A DNA stretch of 64,000 nucleotides from Haplodiscus bocki (lineage: Eukaryota), in NCBI GenBank assembly GCA_965655095.1, contig OZ296649.1, forward strand, positions 106,392,001-106,456,000. Direction: 5' to 3'. A program made the translations under genes and the position numbers. Below the pieces are notes generated by a model. It saw only the letters and a program-made list of their open reading frames with translations. It was not told the DNA's origin and did no database searches. Positions 1 through 14,133 of the stretch are shown here, piece after piece. Position 1 is the first letter of the stretch. The number at the start of each line of letters is the position of its first letter.

Positions 1-559
1 CATAATTTTTCTATTTATTTTCACATAAATCCACCTTTAGAGTATTCTAAATGGATTGTTATGACTGTATCTCCGAATATTCCCTGACTGGTCCTGATCC
101 TGAAGTGGATGATGCAGAAAATGGGACTCCTCATATATTGATCCCGAAGCCTAACGCTGTACTTCAAAGCCGCCTATGTGCATGAGTGACCTTGGAACAC
201 TTATGATGAAAAACTGCAGGCGAGCATACTAACATACTTTAAATTTATATCGTTCACCACGACCCTCTGGCCCTAAGATGGTTCGAAAAGTTGTGTGCCA
301 GACAACAACAAAAAGTAGAGAAACAATCGAGCGCTGACGATGCTGACTGCTTGATCATCAATACTTTACTCCATATACGTTTCAACACTTTATTCCGCGC
401 AAGTTCGAAGAAGTTTGCAATCATACTTGTAAGCAAAGGTTAGTATCTGGCCTCTCGAATAAGGACCTCGATAATGTTCCACTAAACAACAACGAAAACG
501 TTAAAAAAACAATCGAACGCTGACGAAGCTGAATGGCTGCTCATTAATCTGCAGAATCA

Positions 560-1600
560 AAAACATGATGTATGGAAATTTCGAAATGCATTTCAAAACA
601 CAATGAGTGCACTGGCACTGAGATAAGTATGACCTTTTAAGTAGTTTTCTGCTGTTAATTTCTCCAAAGCAGATTGGTTTCACATAACAATTGTAGTTAA
701 AAATGGGCCCATACAGATGGTCCTCATTTTGTAGTTTTTTGCTTGAGCATTTCACAAACGTTTAATAATTTATCGTTTATCGAACAATTTTTCAGCTTTT
801 TCAGCACGACTTTTTGTAAATCAAATTTTTCTTCCTTCAATTAATTATTCCATATATGTTTCAAGTCTGGAAACTTTTTTCCATGCAGGTTTGAAAAATA
901 TTGGCATCATCTGCATATTAGTTAAGTGGCCTCTCGAGGAATAGGCGATATCATTTTAAAAAAGTGATGAAAGAAGCAGGTCCCAAGATTGAGCCTTGAG
1001 TAATACCTGGTGATATAAAACTTAATGCTTTGAAACCTGACTTGGCAAGCAAATTCAACGAGGTGGTTCGGTAGATGAACTGGATGTAATTCAGAAGATA
1101 GTGTCGAAAGTTTTGGTCATATCATGAAAAAAACCCAACTGACAACTTCTTGTCAAAATTTTGGCGAATTGACTCTGAATTATCCAGTATGACATCAATC
1201 GTTGAGATATTTCTGCGAAAGCCAAATTGAGTCATTAAATTTAAGTATACTAAATTTAAATATTAAAGTAGAATAATTAACTATTAAAGTAGACTAATCA
1301 GGAATTGACTTAGATAGGGGGAACAAATGATTTCTTTAAGTAGATAATTTTGAAATTATTTAAAGTTGTTTATCAAAATTATCCACTTTTGCATCAACTT
1401 TGACGTGATTCGAATACTATTTCGTTTGGAAGGATACAAGTGTCAAATTGAAAACCATTCTAAGTGTTGCTTTCCCAGCAAATTCTCAGCATTATACAAA
1501 ATGATTTTTTTTTCAAAATCTTCTTTTATATTAAAACGAATTGAAGAAGTAATGCCAGTTCGACGATTTTGATAGACACCTTAATACTTAAACGTATTAA
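560..1600 (-). pseudogene. Degenerate non-LTR (CR1/L2/Jockey-type) reverse transcriptase fragment
   Basis: Minus-strand RT motifs in the expected order: QFGFRR (~1212-1229), DMTKTFDT (~1100-1123), GITQGSILGP (978-1007), YADDA (903-917). Interrupted by stops and frameshifts; outer limits approximate. Confidence 0.8.
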
Positions 1601-3895
1601 TTGGAGTCTCAGATCCATAATTTTTGGGTGGAGGCTTTTCCGGATTTCTGAAAGTGAAGTTGCACGGGTCTGGAAAGGCTCATAAGCCAAGGAAAGTTGA
1701 AATTTAAATTGAAGGATAGGTCGTTGTTCAAAGCTTTCATCACATTGAAATGACGCTTTAGTTCATGGGAAATGTCTAAATCTATAGTAATCTTCAGATG
1801 CATTAGAATTTCAGTTAAATTATTATTATATGATTGACTTGTTCGAAAAAAACTCCACACGCCAGCGGTGAGGTGCATCTCTGATCCACAACTCCTCGAG
1901 CTTATTTGAACGACCAATCTGTAACAAAATCAAATACTTCAGGCAAAAAATATTTTAAAAAGAAAATGGATTGACCTTTTGTGCAAGGCGTTTCTGTTGT
2001 TCGTCAATTGGTCAAGTAATCTTAAAGAGTTTGATTGACAAAAATTGCAGAAAAGGATTAAATTAACTGAGACTTGTGAAAGTAGAAGCAACTTATCTAA
2101 TTGAAGTCTTCAAGACTTCTGCAGAGCTCATTGAAAAAATTAAATAAATAAATATACAACTTTTCACAGCAGGAGAAAAAATGGTTTAAAGCTTCTAATT
2201 TTCTTTACATCACAGTATACATCACAATTCGACATTGAAATGCGATGTTGAAACGGGATAACTTTATTCGGTTTTTCCCTCTTCTTCAACATTCGATGAT
2301 ATGGACTGGATGTAGACAAGTTAACCAAGATTAAAAAAATGCGGAAACCTCAACCATTCATTCTAGTTTTATCTGTCAGGCAAACATTTACCAACGGAAC
2401 TTCCATCAAAATTTAAAAAACATCAGCTAATAAGCTAATATATCCTAGGAAATGATATGCAGCATTTGGGAAGATTAATTGGAGGCCACGTTATTGGTTT
2501 AATTTTCCACAAACGTTTGCAATATATCTTATGTCGGCATAATTAAACAATATAATTTTCTCACAGAATAATTTTTTACCATCACATAAATTCTTGGTAA
2601 ACTATCAACTGGGAGCTCTGCACATGCATCCTATTGAGTAGTATCCTAAGAGTTGTGCCATCAATTTTACATAGTCTTTGCTACACAAACAGTCTCGCAA
2701 GTTTCACACCTATCAGCCGAGGAGGGGTGAAAATACTCAAGTTCATGTTTGGAGACCCGAAAAAACTTGAGATACTCACAAATCTCGTTGGTGGCAAGAA
2801 GATACTTAAAAGCGTGCTCTGAGATATACCAAACCTCATAGTTACTCTTCGAAAAAGACAAGCGGCAACTTGTTGGTCCTAGCGCTGAAATATATGCACT
2901 TAAATAAAACTCTAGTGACTCTTATTGGAAAAAGTTCTGTGAAACTCACACAAAAGAAATCATTCTACACCTTTCGAGATAAGAACGAGTTTGGGATTAA
3001 AAACTTGCATTAACCGGGACTGTAAACGTTGGATGGTAACCAGTTGCCTTGTTTACCTAGTTTCCAACAGAGAGATATTGCGTTGGTACTTTACTGACTC
3101 TGGACGACTTCCAAACAGCCTCTGATGGACCAGTACTTAAGTGGTCTTTTACTTAGTTTATACCTGCACGGAGTAAAGTGAACATTTCCTTTCACTCTCA
3201 AAGATGTCACTGATTTTGATAAAAAATAACCCTTCACAAACGGGTTGTTTTACTGGAGCAGGAACTGTGTGATAACTGTGGTAGCTCTCCTCAGTGACCG
3301 AAACCCTAGCGGGCCAAAACAACGCACACACCAGGATATGAATAATTCATATTTTTATATGCTCATCGTTGCCACGGGTATACTAATTCATCCCGACTGA
3401 TTGAAACAAAAACTGTTGTGAAACATGCTTCCCAATTTACTCGATTGAACTATACTCGAGTCGGAAAAAAAGATTTTGAAAATTACATCTTGAGTCTGAA
3501 AAATGTCTGAAGTCAGTAAAGATCTAAAGGTCTGTAAGTTTTCTGAATAGCAAAAGCCTCGAGTTTTGAAAACAAAAGTTGAAGTTGAAGGTTGAACGCT
3601 GAAACCTTCAGCTTAGGGAAGATGCGGAATCGAAATCCTTCTGTGGTTACTAGCAGAGTTCTCAAATGAATATGCGGTTCACCATTTCCAACTGAGGATT
3701 TCTGTAATAATTTAGCATCATAATAGGAACTATTGGACAATATATCTGCACGTGCATCATATTAAATAGGCTGCTGAGAATTGTAAAGTTTGTTCAGTTT
3801 TTGGTACAAAAGTGATCGTTTTCGTCAATTCAAATGAGCCATCAACAACATTGATCGAAATGCATGGTCAACTTAAGCAACATCCGCTTAATATT

Positions 3896-6810
3896 CTAAC
3901 CTTTGTGAGTAATGTCCACCCAGTCAGGTCTTTCCTCGGAGTTCACGGGTTGTGTCCTGAAACCGGGATACTTAATCTCTTTTTTCTTTGATAGTCTACT
4001 GGCACCTGTTCCACCTAGACCAAATCCTTTCGTATTGCCCTCAGTGGCGGGACTGGCAACCGGAGGAGTGGATATAGATCTGGCATAGTATTTGAGAGGT
4101 ATTTTTGGTCTTCTCCTGAGGCGGTCATGGATGTCTTGAAGGTCAGCTTCTTTCTTCAAGGCTGCTTCCATCTTCTGCTGTTCCAACTTGCTTCTCCTCT
4201 CGGCGACTGCTCTCACTCGCTGGTCTGTGCGACTCATTCCATCTTGCGCAAAAATAAAACCGTCGTTGCCTAAAAGTGAATAACTTTTGGATGAGTAAAT
4301 GTTCTAAGAGCACTCACTGAGTCCTGAACAACATGTTAAAAAGACTTTAAAAGACACTTTCCGCTTCACCAGATTGGAAATTAGATAGGAAGACAGCTCT
4401 GTTTTCTTTGCATGAGCTATTCTGATTGATGGCCCTACGTCGGTGGTTTTCCGCTGGTTATCGGCAAAATCATTGTCACTTGAAAATTTTGATTTTTTGG
4501 TACCACCCTGGAAGAATTTAAAATAAACTCTTTTTTAAACCATTCCTAAATGTTCAAATTCACACTGTTCAAGTAGTTGCGCTATTAGAAATCACCAACG
4601 GATCCACCTCACCGTAAATTGAATTGTTTGTGAAGGAAGTGTTGAGACTTTTGTTGTCTTTTTGATTGATATCAGAAAGCGTCTTCTTCTTTTTCTCCTT
4701 CCGCAACATTTTGTTCTGCTCCAAAACCTTCTCCTTCCCGATCTCCCTTCTCTAGAAAAACAAAGTCCTCGAAGGATAGAACAAAGATTAGTTTCTAAAT
4801 TTTGTAGTTAGCTGTCAGAAAGTACAGTACAGTACCAGAAAGTTGAACACGGCAAAAGTGTTACTAAAATTTTGGTATTTCCCTAATTAAGCATCTTAAG
4901 GGAAAACTGTAGGTCAGAACTTTAATTTTCAAGCACAGATCAGTTTTGATGTCACCCGAGATTGTAAAAAAATATGGAAAGCCTAACTCTTGTTTTTTTG
5001 GTCGTTTTGAGCTGTTTCGCCCGAAAATTACATCAGCCGCCAATAACTAAAAGTAACATTCAATATGAACGTATAGTTCGGATTCTACTGTGGAACTTTT
5101 AGCATCTTCCAGAAAAATCTTCCGGAAGAACTAATTGCAAAAAACCTAAATTTTGTCAAACTAAATTTTCGTTTTTTTTTGCTGAAACGCTTGTAGAATA
5201 CGTACCCGTTTGTCCATTTCGAACTCATTAACGAGATCTTGTATACTGCCAACATCATTTGTGGAATAGTAATCGTTTTCCAGGAAACTGGACTCCAGTG
5301 GCTCATACAAGGATTGTTCCGCAACAACTTCTTCGTTCTGGCTCCTCCATTTTGAAGTTTCATCCGGCACGTGAATATTGTAGTTCACGACGTCATCGTA
5401 CTCTTGGCCTTCTGCTCCCTCTGGACCTTGGAATTTTTCGGCTTGACATTGTAGAGAATAATCTTCTACAATTATTTCGCAATATTCAGTTTGGGTTTGT
5501 TGGTCAGCAAGTAAAGCTGGTTTTGTTTGAGTTTCTGACGAAATCGAAGCTTTGGTGATCGTATCAACTTGGGTTCCAACAGATTTTGTTCCTTTTTGAC
5601 TTTCAAAAGGAAAATCATTCGTCTGTAAATAATTATTTGATGATGTCAAATTCTTGGGACTTCGTCTATCGGGTGACCTTTTAGGACTGTACCTTCTGCT
5701 GCTTTGTAGATCTAACGTCACTGGTTGACGTTCCAGGGGTTTTTCTATGACAAGTTCCACATGCTCAGAAGTCTTTTTAAAAAGAGGTTCCTCGATATTC
5801 TCAGTTGATTTTATTCCCGGTTGATAATCGTGTTTGAGCTCCCGGGTCTGAACCATTTCTTTCTTTGAAAATAATATATCAGATTTCGAATCAAGTTTCT
5901 TCTCCGAGGGCTCAAATTTTTCTTCTGGTTGTTCTTGTTCCTTCTCTAATATGACCCCCTCACGCTCGCACAAATTTCTATATCTTTCATAGAGGTCTTC
6001 AATTTGGAGATGCGTTTTTTCAGGCTCTTTTTTAGGCGCAGTCGTCTGTTCGTAAGTGATTGCCCGTTCTTGTCGTTGAGGTTTTGTTTGCAATTCTGTG
6101 TCCTGAAGTGAAATTTTTCAACGAATCGTTTTTTTCCAGAAAAATAAATTGAATAAGTAGCATGTTTGCTCCAGTGCTTGCTCAAAAGATATTTCAAATA
6201 AAAATGACAAACTCTTGGAGTATGATTATTAATTCTTATCAATACTATCAATTTTCTCTAATAGTTTTCAGCCGATTCAAAATAAAAGTTTTTGTTATAC
6301 AAAAGCCTGAAATATACCCAAAAAAGTGCATCCGAATAAACTTTAACCCCTGCGAATTACAATGTTGTATTGTATTACTCTCTGGAGACTTTTGTAATAA
6401 ACATTTATTGGTCAACTCTCAAGATTTACTTAGATCATTTCATGCTAACATTGTTGTCTTTGTTGTTTAAGTGGTGATCAAGTAGTTGCTGGACTCTTCT
6501 GGCTGTTTTCCTTCTGGATCTAGCGATGCTGGTTCTGCCTTCACTTGAGTACTCCTCTGCATCCCCACTAGAATTGTTCAGACTGGCAAACAAGCGCTCA
6601 GTCCGGTGCTCTATTTCCTTCAACTGTGAACGGTTGCGATCTGAATCCGGAAATTCAAAAAAGTGGAAATAAATCAGAGTACAGTCAACTGAAGTTGAAA
6701 AACATAAGCTCAATGGGTTCTGCTAGTTTTAAGAAAGCAGGAAACTATCTTTTCTTACTCGTCTTCATGAGATCATGGGAAGATGGAGCAATCAATTTAC
6801 ACATATGCAT
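3896..6810 (-). CDS. Spliced host gene, ~600 aa, charged/low-complexity protein of unknown function
   Basis: Phase-consistent GT-AG exon chain read manually: 6810-6759, 6640-6450, 6102-5206, 4751-~4607, 4507-4318, 4269-3896. It joins ORFs 6435..6713, 5161..6093 and 3896..4237 into one frame. Start codon and the donor of exon 4 are uncertain. Confidence 0.7.
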
Positions 6811-9800
6811 TCCAAATCCTCGCAAGAGAAACGCAGAATCAACGGAAGATCTCTTGCGAGAAAAATTCACAAGCGCCAAATATTAGTTAGAAAAAATAGG
6901 CGTTACACCAACTGAAATATGCTATATGCTCAAATTTTGCATAATTACAAGGCTTCGTTGATCAAAATACCCATGATAAGTTACTTTTAATTGCCAACTC
7001 AACTTAAATAGGAAAAATGCTCGACTGTTACAGTGGCTTATGTTTATTTTTTGTTTTTTTTTGCGCCGCGAAGTATTCAAAGTATTGGGGCACAAAAAAT
7101 TTTAAGGAGCTATTAGTTTCAAGATCAGGAACAGAGCCGGAACGCAAAAACTTTTTTATGTATAAAAAAATTCACGGAAAATTTTATACTGTAGGTGTTT
7201 CAGCTAATGACGTTTTCAGGTCACTAAACAAACCACGAATCCTTCCACTAAATGTCTTTTGCTGTGCAAAAATTTTTTTATGACACATTTTTTTCGCAAA
7301 AACCATATTGTATCAAAAAACGACTCCCAATGGTTATATCGGACATTACAGGGAGCGCCTACTTGGGCCGTTCTCGACCTGTTTTGGCTTGCTTGAAATT
7401 TTTGATGGAAGCAGATTTCACAAACTACTATCCACTCACACATTGCCAGAGTGTCTTCTTGTCAATGCTGTTCTTACTGAAAAGTCGCATTTTGAGTGAT
7501 AAATTTTGTTTCTTTGCGTGTTCGCCGAAACTAAACTCCGTCTAAAACGTATATGAGGAACAGTTTGCAAAAAAAATTATTATTGAAGAAAATTGTAATC
7601 ATTCAAAAGTATTTAAACGTTAACAGAAAAACTTGAAACGAATGTTACTGAGCTGGTTTCTGTAAGTTTAACAAAACTCTGGCTCCATTAAAAAGTTTCT
7701 GGTAATTTTGGAGAGTCAAAAACCTATGTGAAAAACATATGAAAAGATTAATTGTTCTAGCAGAACCAATGGAAAGCAAAAAAACTAGCTTAGATCTTCA
7801 GCTTCAAAAACTTCAACTATCGCCTTGGGGTATTTCACCAAAACTTTGATATCCAACTTTTTCCATACTTTGGTTATTGCGTTTTACAGATATTCAACTT
7901 TGCGCTGAACTTTTCCTCCTGTGCAGATTCGCTGAACCATGATCTCTATAGGTTCTCGATCAAACTAGAGTCATCTGAGCGTGCTCGATCGATGCTGTGT
8001 TGTTCGTGAAGAATTTTCTTCTTTTGTATGTGGTATTGCATTATTTTGCAATAATTCAAAACCAGGTTGCTGAAAGGGTTGTGAAGTCTTTCTCATGCTT
8101 TTTTTGGTGCTGATTGAGGTGCATACTTCTATCACTGAAGTGAAGTGCCGTTATTTCACTTTTTCTTATCCAACGAGAAACCATTTGCTACTGTCCCACT
8201 CGAAAGTCCATCAAAGAAAAAACGTTACCCATCCGAAAAAGATTCTTTTACTAGCATTCATATTTCCAGTTATTATCTCTTCCCGCAGCACTTTTAAACA
8301 GTCTGATTTTCAGTCCTTAATTTGAGGTGTCAATGCAGGTTCTGTTTCATGGCTTTCGTGAATTTGCATCCCTCAATATTAACAGTTTTTTATATAGTGT
8401 CCTACGATGCATTCAAGTTGAGCTCTCGTTGAGTTTTTCTGGAGGAATTATGAACTGAGGTACACATTTGTCGAACATTGTGTCGTCTCATTCTGTCGGT
8501 TAGCTGTTTTGGGGGCCTCTTCCGTGTTTGTGTTTTGCATTTTATTTCTTTCTCTTGCTTAAAACTCGACACACAGTTGTAACTTTGTTTGATTTCTTTT
8601 TTTTGATCTCAGTTTCAGGTTTTTGCATAGTCTTTCTTTTCCGAAACTCTACTCTATTCCATCTGTGATAATAAAGTTCCTCTTTTAACGATATGCCTCT
8701 ATTTGATTACATAAGCTTCTTGTTATTATTATCTTGGTTTTAACTTCAAACTTGACTTTTGAAAAAGAAAATGTTTTCTAATGAAGGAAACCTGGTATGT
8801 TTTTCGGAAAAACTAAATTTAATTTTTTTCCGCATACATTATAGACCACTATCAATACAATGGAAATAGAAATATCCGGTAAACGGAATTCGATCTGACA
8901 GTTTTGACCTAAAATTGAAACAGCAAAAAGCTACACGTAAATTCCTATGAAGAAGCTACGATAGATATGATTCAATTTTTGTTGGGTTAACAATTTGTTT
9001 TTCACATACGTTTTAGACTGTTTAGATTTCATTCAAGTAGTTTGCATGCAATTAGACAAGAGTGGTCAAAAAACGCAGGAGATTCTTCGGTGTTTTCAAA
9101 GTTTGGGTGTGGGTTCCTATGCAGTAAGGAAAGCAGTACTGCTGAGTCCTATCTTCCAAATAGTAAAAAAAGTTTCATTTTATATGTGCTTGACTTCATT
9201 TTCTCTCTACATCGAAGCTGGAGCCACAATTTCATAATGAAATATATTCTATAACTAATTGTGGAAGTTTTTCTTTCGTTTTACGGAGCTCCCCACGTTT
9301 TGAAGGCAATTTTAATTTTAATTCTGAGGTCAAGTTTTTTTAAACAAATAATGAATGATGTTATCAAATACACTCCATTACATGATTATTTGAGTTTCAT
9401 GGGCAGCAATGAACTCAAGTGAGGGGAAAAGTAGAAAGCCCTAATTTCGCGCAATTATAAGTTTACTACGGAGGAAAGAACTAGAAATTAAAAGAGGTAT
9501 ATCAGTCAAATCCCCCAAACTGAATGATCTATAGCTGAATTGAATTAAGAGGTTCTCACCTTCGAAACGCGAGACCATGCTGATAACGAATTCACTGTTT
9601 TGATTTTCTTTTAAAACTATGTATTGCGAAGCACCAAAATCAGATACAATAACCAAACTTATTGACTTGATTACACCTTTTGAATGAGCTTATAAAATTT
9701 AAGAACCAATCTAGAGCCATCAGTTTGAGCGAAGCTTATTACGATTTGAAGAGCGTTCTGTTCATCAGCTGGAAACTCTGATAACTCGAGAAGATCGTAA

Positions 9801-12224
9801 TTGAAAAATGTATCAACTTTATTTTAACTTGTTCTCAGTGTCGTTCTGCATGCATCAGTTTAGAAAGGTCAAACCATAACGATTGAGACTGCAAAACAAT
9901 CACATAGACGCATTGTGATGACCCCCGAGTCAAGTATCTATTTTTTTCAAACTTGAGATATTTCAGCAAAATTAAATGGAAAATTTGATTTTTCATCTAT
10001 CTTTGAACTTTTCTGAAGGACTTTGTGCTTTGATCGACCTGCATATACAACCTCAATTATGCCATTGACAGTGTCTTTTTCAATCCAAGCAAGCCCAGGA
10101 TTTTGAAAATGAAAAACACTTATACTTTGTAAACATAGCGATGAAATTGTAGAAAAAGCTTCTTTTTTGTGCGCGAATTCTGGCGCAAACAGCCTTAGGA
10201 GATGCGGTCACAGAAATGATATTGCTGGACTTTTGCATCTTTTCTTCTTTTTTCAAGTCTTATTTATTGCGCAGCTCGTTGCCAGAGGAAGTAAAACAAC
10301 TTTAAGAAATTCAATTTTTTCCACTTTCCTAAAACTCCACAACCATTTCCATTTTAAAGAAATATGGACAGGTAAAATTTAAAAATATAAAATCTCGTTC
10401 AATTATGTTCTCCAAATTGCAAAATTTGCGAATGCCAATATGCCTCTTTTCAAGTTTTTTGCTCTGGCGATGAGTATTTGTAACTGAATCAATATGGAGA
10501 AACGAATTTTCAATATTTTGTAGCAAAAAATTTGTTAAAGAAAAACATAAACATTAAGGAACAGAGTGGGAAGCTCACGGAGATCAAAGACGAGCCTGTG
10601 ATAAGTGGTGTCCGAGGAAAACGTCTGGGTTCCATGGCTATACGACGGTACAATCTGAGACCAAATAAATGCTTGACAACTTGAACTTCTTGAATATTCT
10701 CGGATAAAATTCGCCAATGGCAAAAATTCAGCTTCCTAAAAAAAGCCAAAGCATATAGCATTGCCTGTTTTTCCGATTTCTGATACAATTCCATACAAAC
10801 GCAAGTATAAAGACTATCTGACGAACCAGAAAAAAAAGAATTTCCTGACAAAAAATCCAATAGAAGTCAGTGGCAATGTTTTATACACCGAAAGAATAAT
10901 ACAACCCTTGATAGTTTTATCAATCAACTTTGAGCTTTAATTGGGAGTTCAAGCTTACTGAAAATTATGAAAAAAATGGAAAATTTACTTGAAAACAACA
11001 AAATCTCCGATGTATTGCTGCTGAATCCGGGCAGCAAAAACAATTTCATCTTCTAAAATCGTTGAAGAGCCCTAATGAGCTTCCTAAGGGAAGCCTCACC
11101 TTGAGTATTTGCGTGGTATTATAAATCATTCGAAAAAACCATTCAGTGTTTATAAAACCTGAAAATTTGAGCAGAAAAGCTATTTTTCCGAACTTTCTAC
11201 CCAAGATTCACCAAAAATAGCGGCATTCCTCTTTGGTTTCCAATTTTGCGTATTGGTCTACTAGGATTCAACTAACGTAACAGTTAATCCAGCAAAACTA
11301 TTTCGAGCTTTAACACTGCTCAAGCTACCGTAAAACGCTTTTTCCACAATTTTCACCCAAATGTTTTGTCAACACGTCGCCGGAAACAGAATACTCTCTA
11401 TTCATCTGGCAAAGAATCAGAAAATGTTGATTTCTCGTCGTTTCTACTTTTACGTCTAACTCCGCTGTAACTCGTTTGACGACAAAAATTTGGTATCAAA
11501 GGGTTCGGCTCTGTTGGTTGTTTCAGTTGAGAACCTTCGAGCGACAAGGTTTTGGACACCGATAAGTTGAACAATAGTCAGAAACAGAAGTGCCAAACGG
11601 GTTTTTAAAAAAACTATATCGCTATGACTCAACGTTGGGAGATAAATTGCTTCTAAGTGAAATAATACAGGTTGATCTAAAAATTTCATGCAGGAACTCT
11701 TACAACATCGCCACCAAAGTGCTTAATGGAAGCTCCTCAAACTGTTCATTATATCGCTGACCTCCTGTTTTCAAAATGTTCTCTAGAAGTTTCCAATACA
11801 AAGTGATACAAGGAACAGAAAAATAGAAATAATACCGAAAACATAAGAAACCAATTGTAATTTTTAGTGGAAAAAAGGTTAAAATGCAGATTTGGTGATC
11901 TCAAAAAGCGTCAAAAAATTTTACTTGAAAAAAAAGTGTGACGTCGGAGTATCACGTTGCTCGAAAATAGCCAAATAGGCCAGTAAGCAGCGAAAATCGG
12001 CAGCAGAAACATTGAAATTTCCACAAAACTTTACTTTCGACAATAAGTTTTGAATACATTTGGCCCAAAATAATTTTTGGAGCACGGGATGCCGAACCAA
12101 GCCCTGACTCGAAACTGAAGGTAAGGGGTAACTTACATGAGAACTTTATTCACTCCTGGAAGTTCATAGTAGCTAGTTTCCGCAGCAGGCAAAAACCATT
12201 GAAAAGTATTGCTATCTATTTCCT

Positions 12225-14133
12225 GGTGATGCGACAATTCGGACCAAATACCAAATTCGGACCAAAGTCGAATTCGGACCAAATACAAATTCGGACCTTA
12301 TTTTGAAATTCGGACCCGAATTTTAATTACTTGGTAATTAAAAGCAATTAACAGGCGTGAGTCAAATTTGCCGAAGTTGAAATTTAGCCGCCAATTTTGA
12401 TTAACACCATTTCCAAAAATCTAAAGTAAGTCAAAACTGAAGAAGTGATAATGAAAATCGGAAACGAAAATTTATTCAATATGGATGCAATGCAACTATC
12501 ACGCGATAAGCCAATGATTGTTTAAATGCTCGTGGACGTATTACAATCTCGTAATTCATTCAAATTGCAAACCTCAGTTCGATTGAGTATGAATTACACA
12601 CTCCTTACAACAGAACGAAGCAAAGCTTGAATTCGAAAATTTTACATATACAAAAAAATGTAAAAATGAAAACACTCAAATCACGACATGGAGATGCACT
12701 GATCGACGTTGCAAAGGTACCGGCAAAACCGTTGAAGGCTCTTTCGAGTTTCCTTCAACCAATCCGCACTACCATGAAGCTAACCCCGCAAAAAAGGAGC
12801 TGGTACAAATTGAAAAAGCAATAGAAAGCAGGGCTGTACAAAGCTTAGAACCGCCGAGAGTCGTTGTACAGGTGTCAACCAACAACTCAACTGGCGAGGC
12901 AGTAGCTCAATTGCCTAATCAAAGAACAATGTTGCGTCGTATTCAACGTAGAAGAGTTGTTGCGCATATCCCCAACCCATTGAGCACTTCCGTTTTGAAT
13001 GTTCCCGATGACTTGAGAACCACAATTAGAGGAGAACCCTTCTATGCTTTTGATAGCGGCAAAGAAGACCCCAATCGAATTATTAAAGGAAGTTTAGGAT
13101 ATGTCCATCCTACAATTTTCAAATTTATTGATTTTTTGCGACGAGAACAAAGCGCGGCAGAGAACAAACTAATTAGTTTGGAAGCTGGAAAAGAGTTCCT
13201 GAAAAATGCGCGTTATCAAAAAAAATGATCTAAGAATCAAGAACATCCTCGAAGGTTACCAAAACAATCGAATTGAGCTTGCACTTAATGGACTCTCAAA
13301 CAATTTTGATTTTGTTTGGTGTTTTAATTTTTCACTTGTACTATATCCCATTTTTATTTGTGTTGATTTTGTTTTGAAAAAAATTCAGTTTTAAATCGTG
13401 TGTTTTTGAAACCTATGGTTTTTGAGAAAAAAATTGAAAGGATATTTGATTTCTTGTCATGACGCCTCCTTGCAGCCTTCCGGAGTGCGTCTCAGAACAT
13501 TAACATGACTGGCTGTACAGTTTAATCCAAGAGACACTGTCTCTTGTGAGGTCGGAAGTACATTTGGACTACGGGCTGGCTAACCCTTTAGAAAAATGTT
13601 CAAAGCCGGTGACAAGAAATCAAAGTCCCTTCTAGGTTGTTGTCCTAGGGAGATACAATTTGCATCTGATTTCTTTCAGTTGTGTTCAAAATCGTCAGTT
13701 AAAATTAGGTGCAGCTGGTTATTTGTCCTGTTTGACCTGAAAAGTTACGTAATAGAATATCTTTAGTATATTGATTTCGTTTTGACGTCATTCAGGTTTA
13801 AAAGAGTGTACTCTTTTTGAACGCATTGTGAGTGCGTCATTTGTTCACACGCATTTCGCCAATCTGCTCAAAACAATATGTTTATATCATTTAGTTTATT
13901 CGTTACGCTGCATACACGAGGTTAGTCAATGTTAAAGTATGTTCGACTTTCCTGTCTAAAAGAATAGGCAATTTGTACGCTGATAAAAGCTCGTTTGTTT
14001 GTTTTCTAATTAAGTAATTAAGTTAATTACCGGAATATTTTGGGCCGAATTCAAAATTTTGGTCCGAATTTGTCTTTGGTCCGAATCCGGCATTTGGTCC
14101 GAATTTGACATTGGTCCGAATTGTCGTAGAGCC
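12225..14133 (+). mobile_element. Mutator-like (MULE) DNA transposon, non-autonomous
   Basis: TIRs GGTGATGCGACAATTCGGACC / GGTCCGAATTGTCGTAGAGCC, built from ~17-18 bp AATTCGGACCAAA subrepeats. Perfect 9-bp TSD CTATTTCCT at 12216-12224 and 14134-14142. Transposase remnant inside. Confidence 0.92.
12589..13320 (+). pseudogene. FLYWCH-type MULE transposase remnant lacking the catalytic core
   Basis: TWRCTDRRCKG...HYH (FLYWCH-like zinc finger), then LRTTIRGEPFYAFDSGKEDPNRI joined directly to the C-terminal HPTIFKFIDFLRREQ segment. Confidence 0.75.

Noticed and set aside
1-120. Short similarity to the solo-LTR family (TATTT...ATCCACCTTTAGAG)
   Set aside because: Too short and cut by the window edge to define an element.
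1609-2861. Possible LRR-like exons on the minus strand
   Set aside because: No consistent spliced reading frame could be built.
9430-9830. Apparent LINE RT motifs on the minus strand
   Set aside because: Motif-like words occur in the wrong order and are weak.
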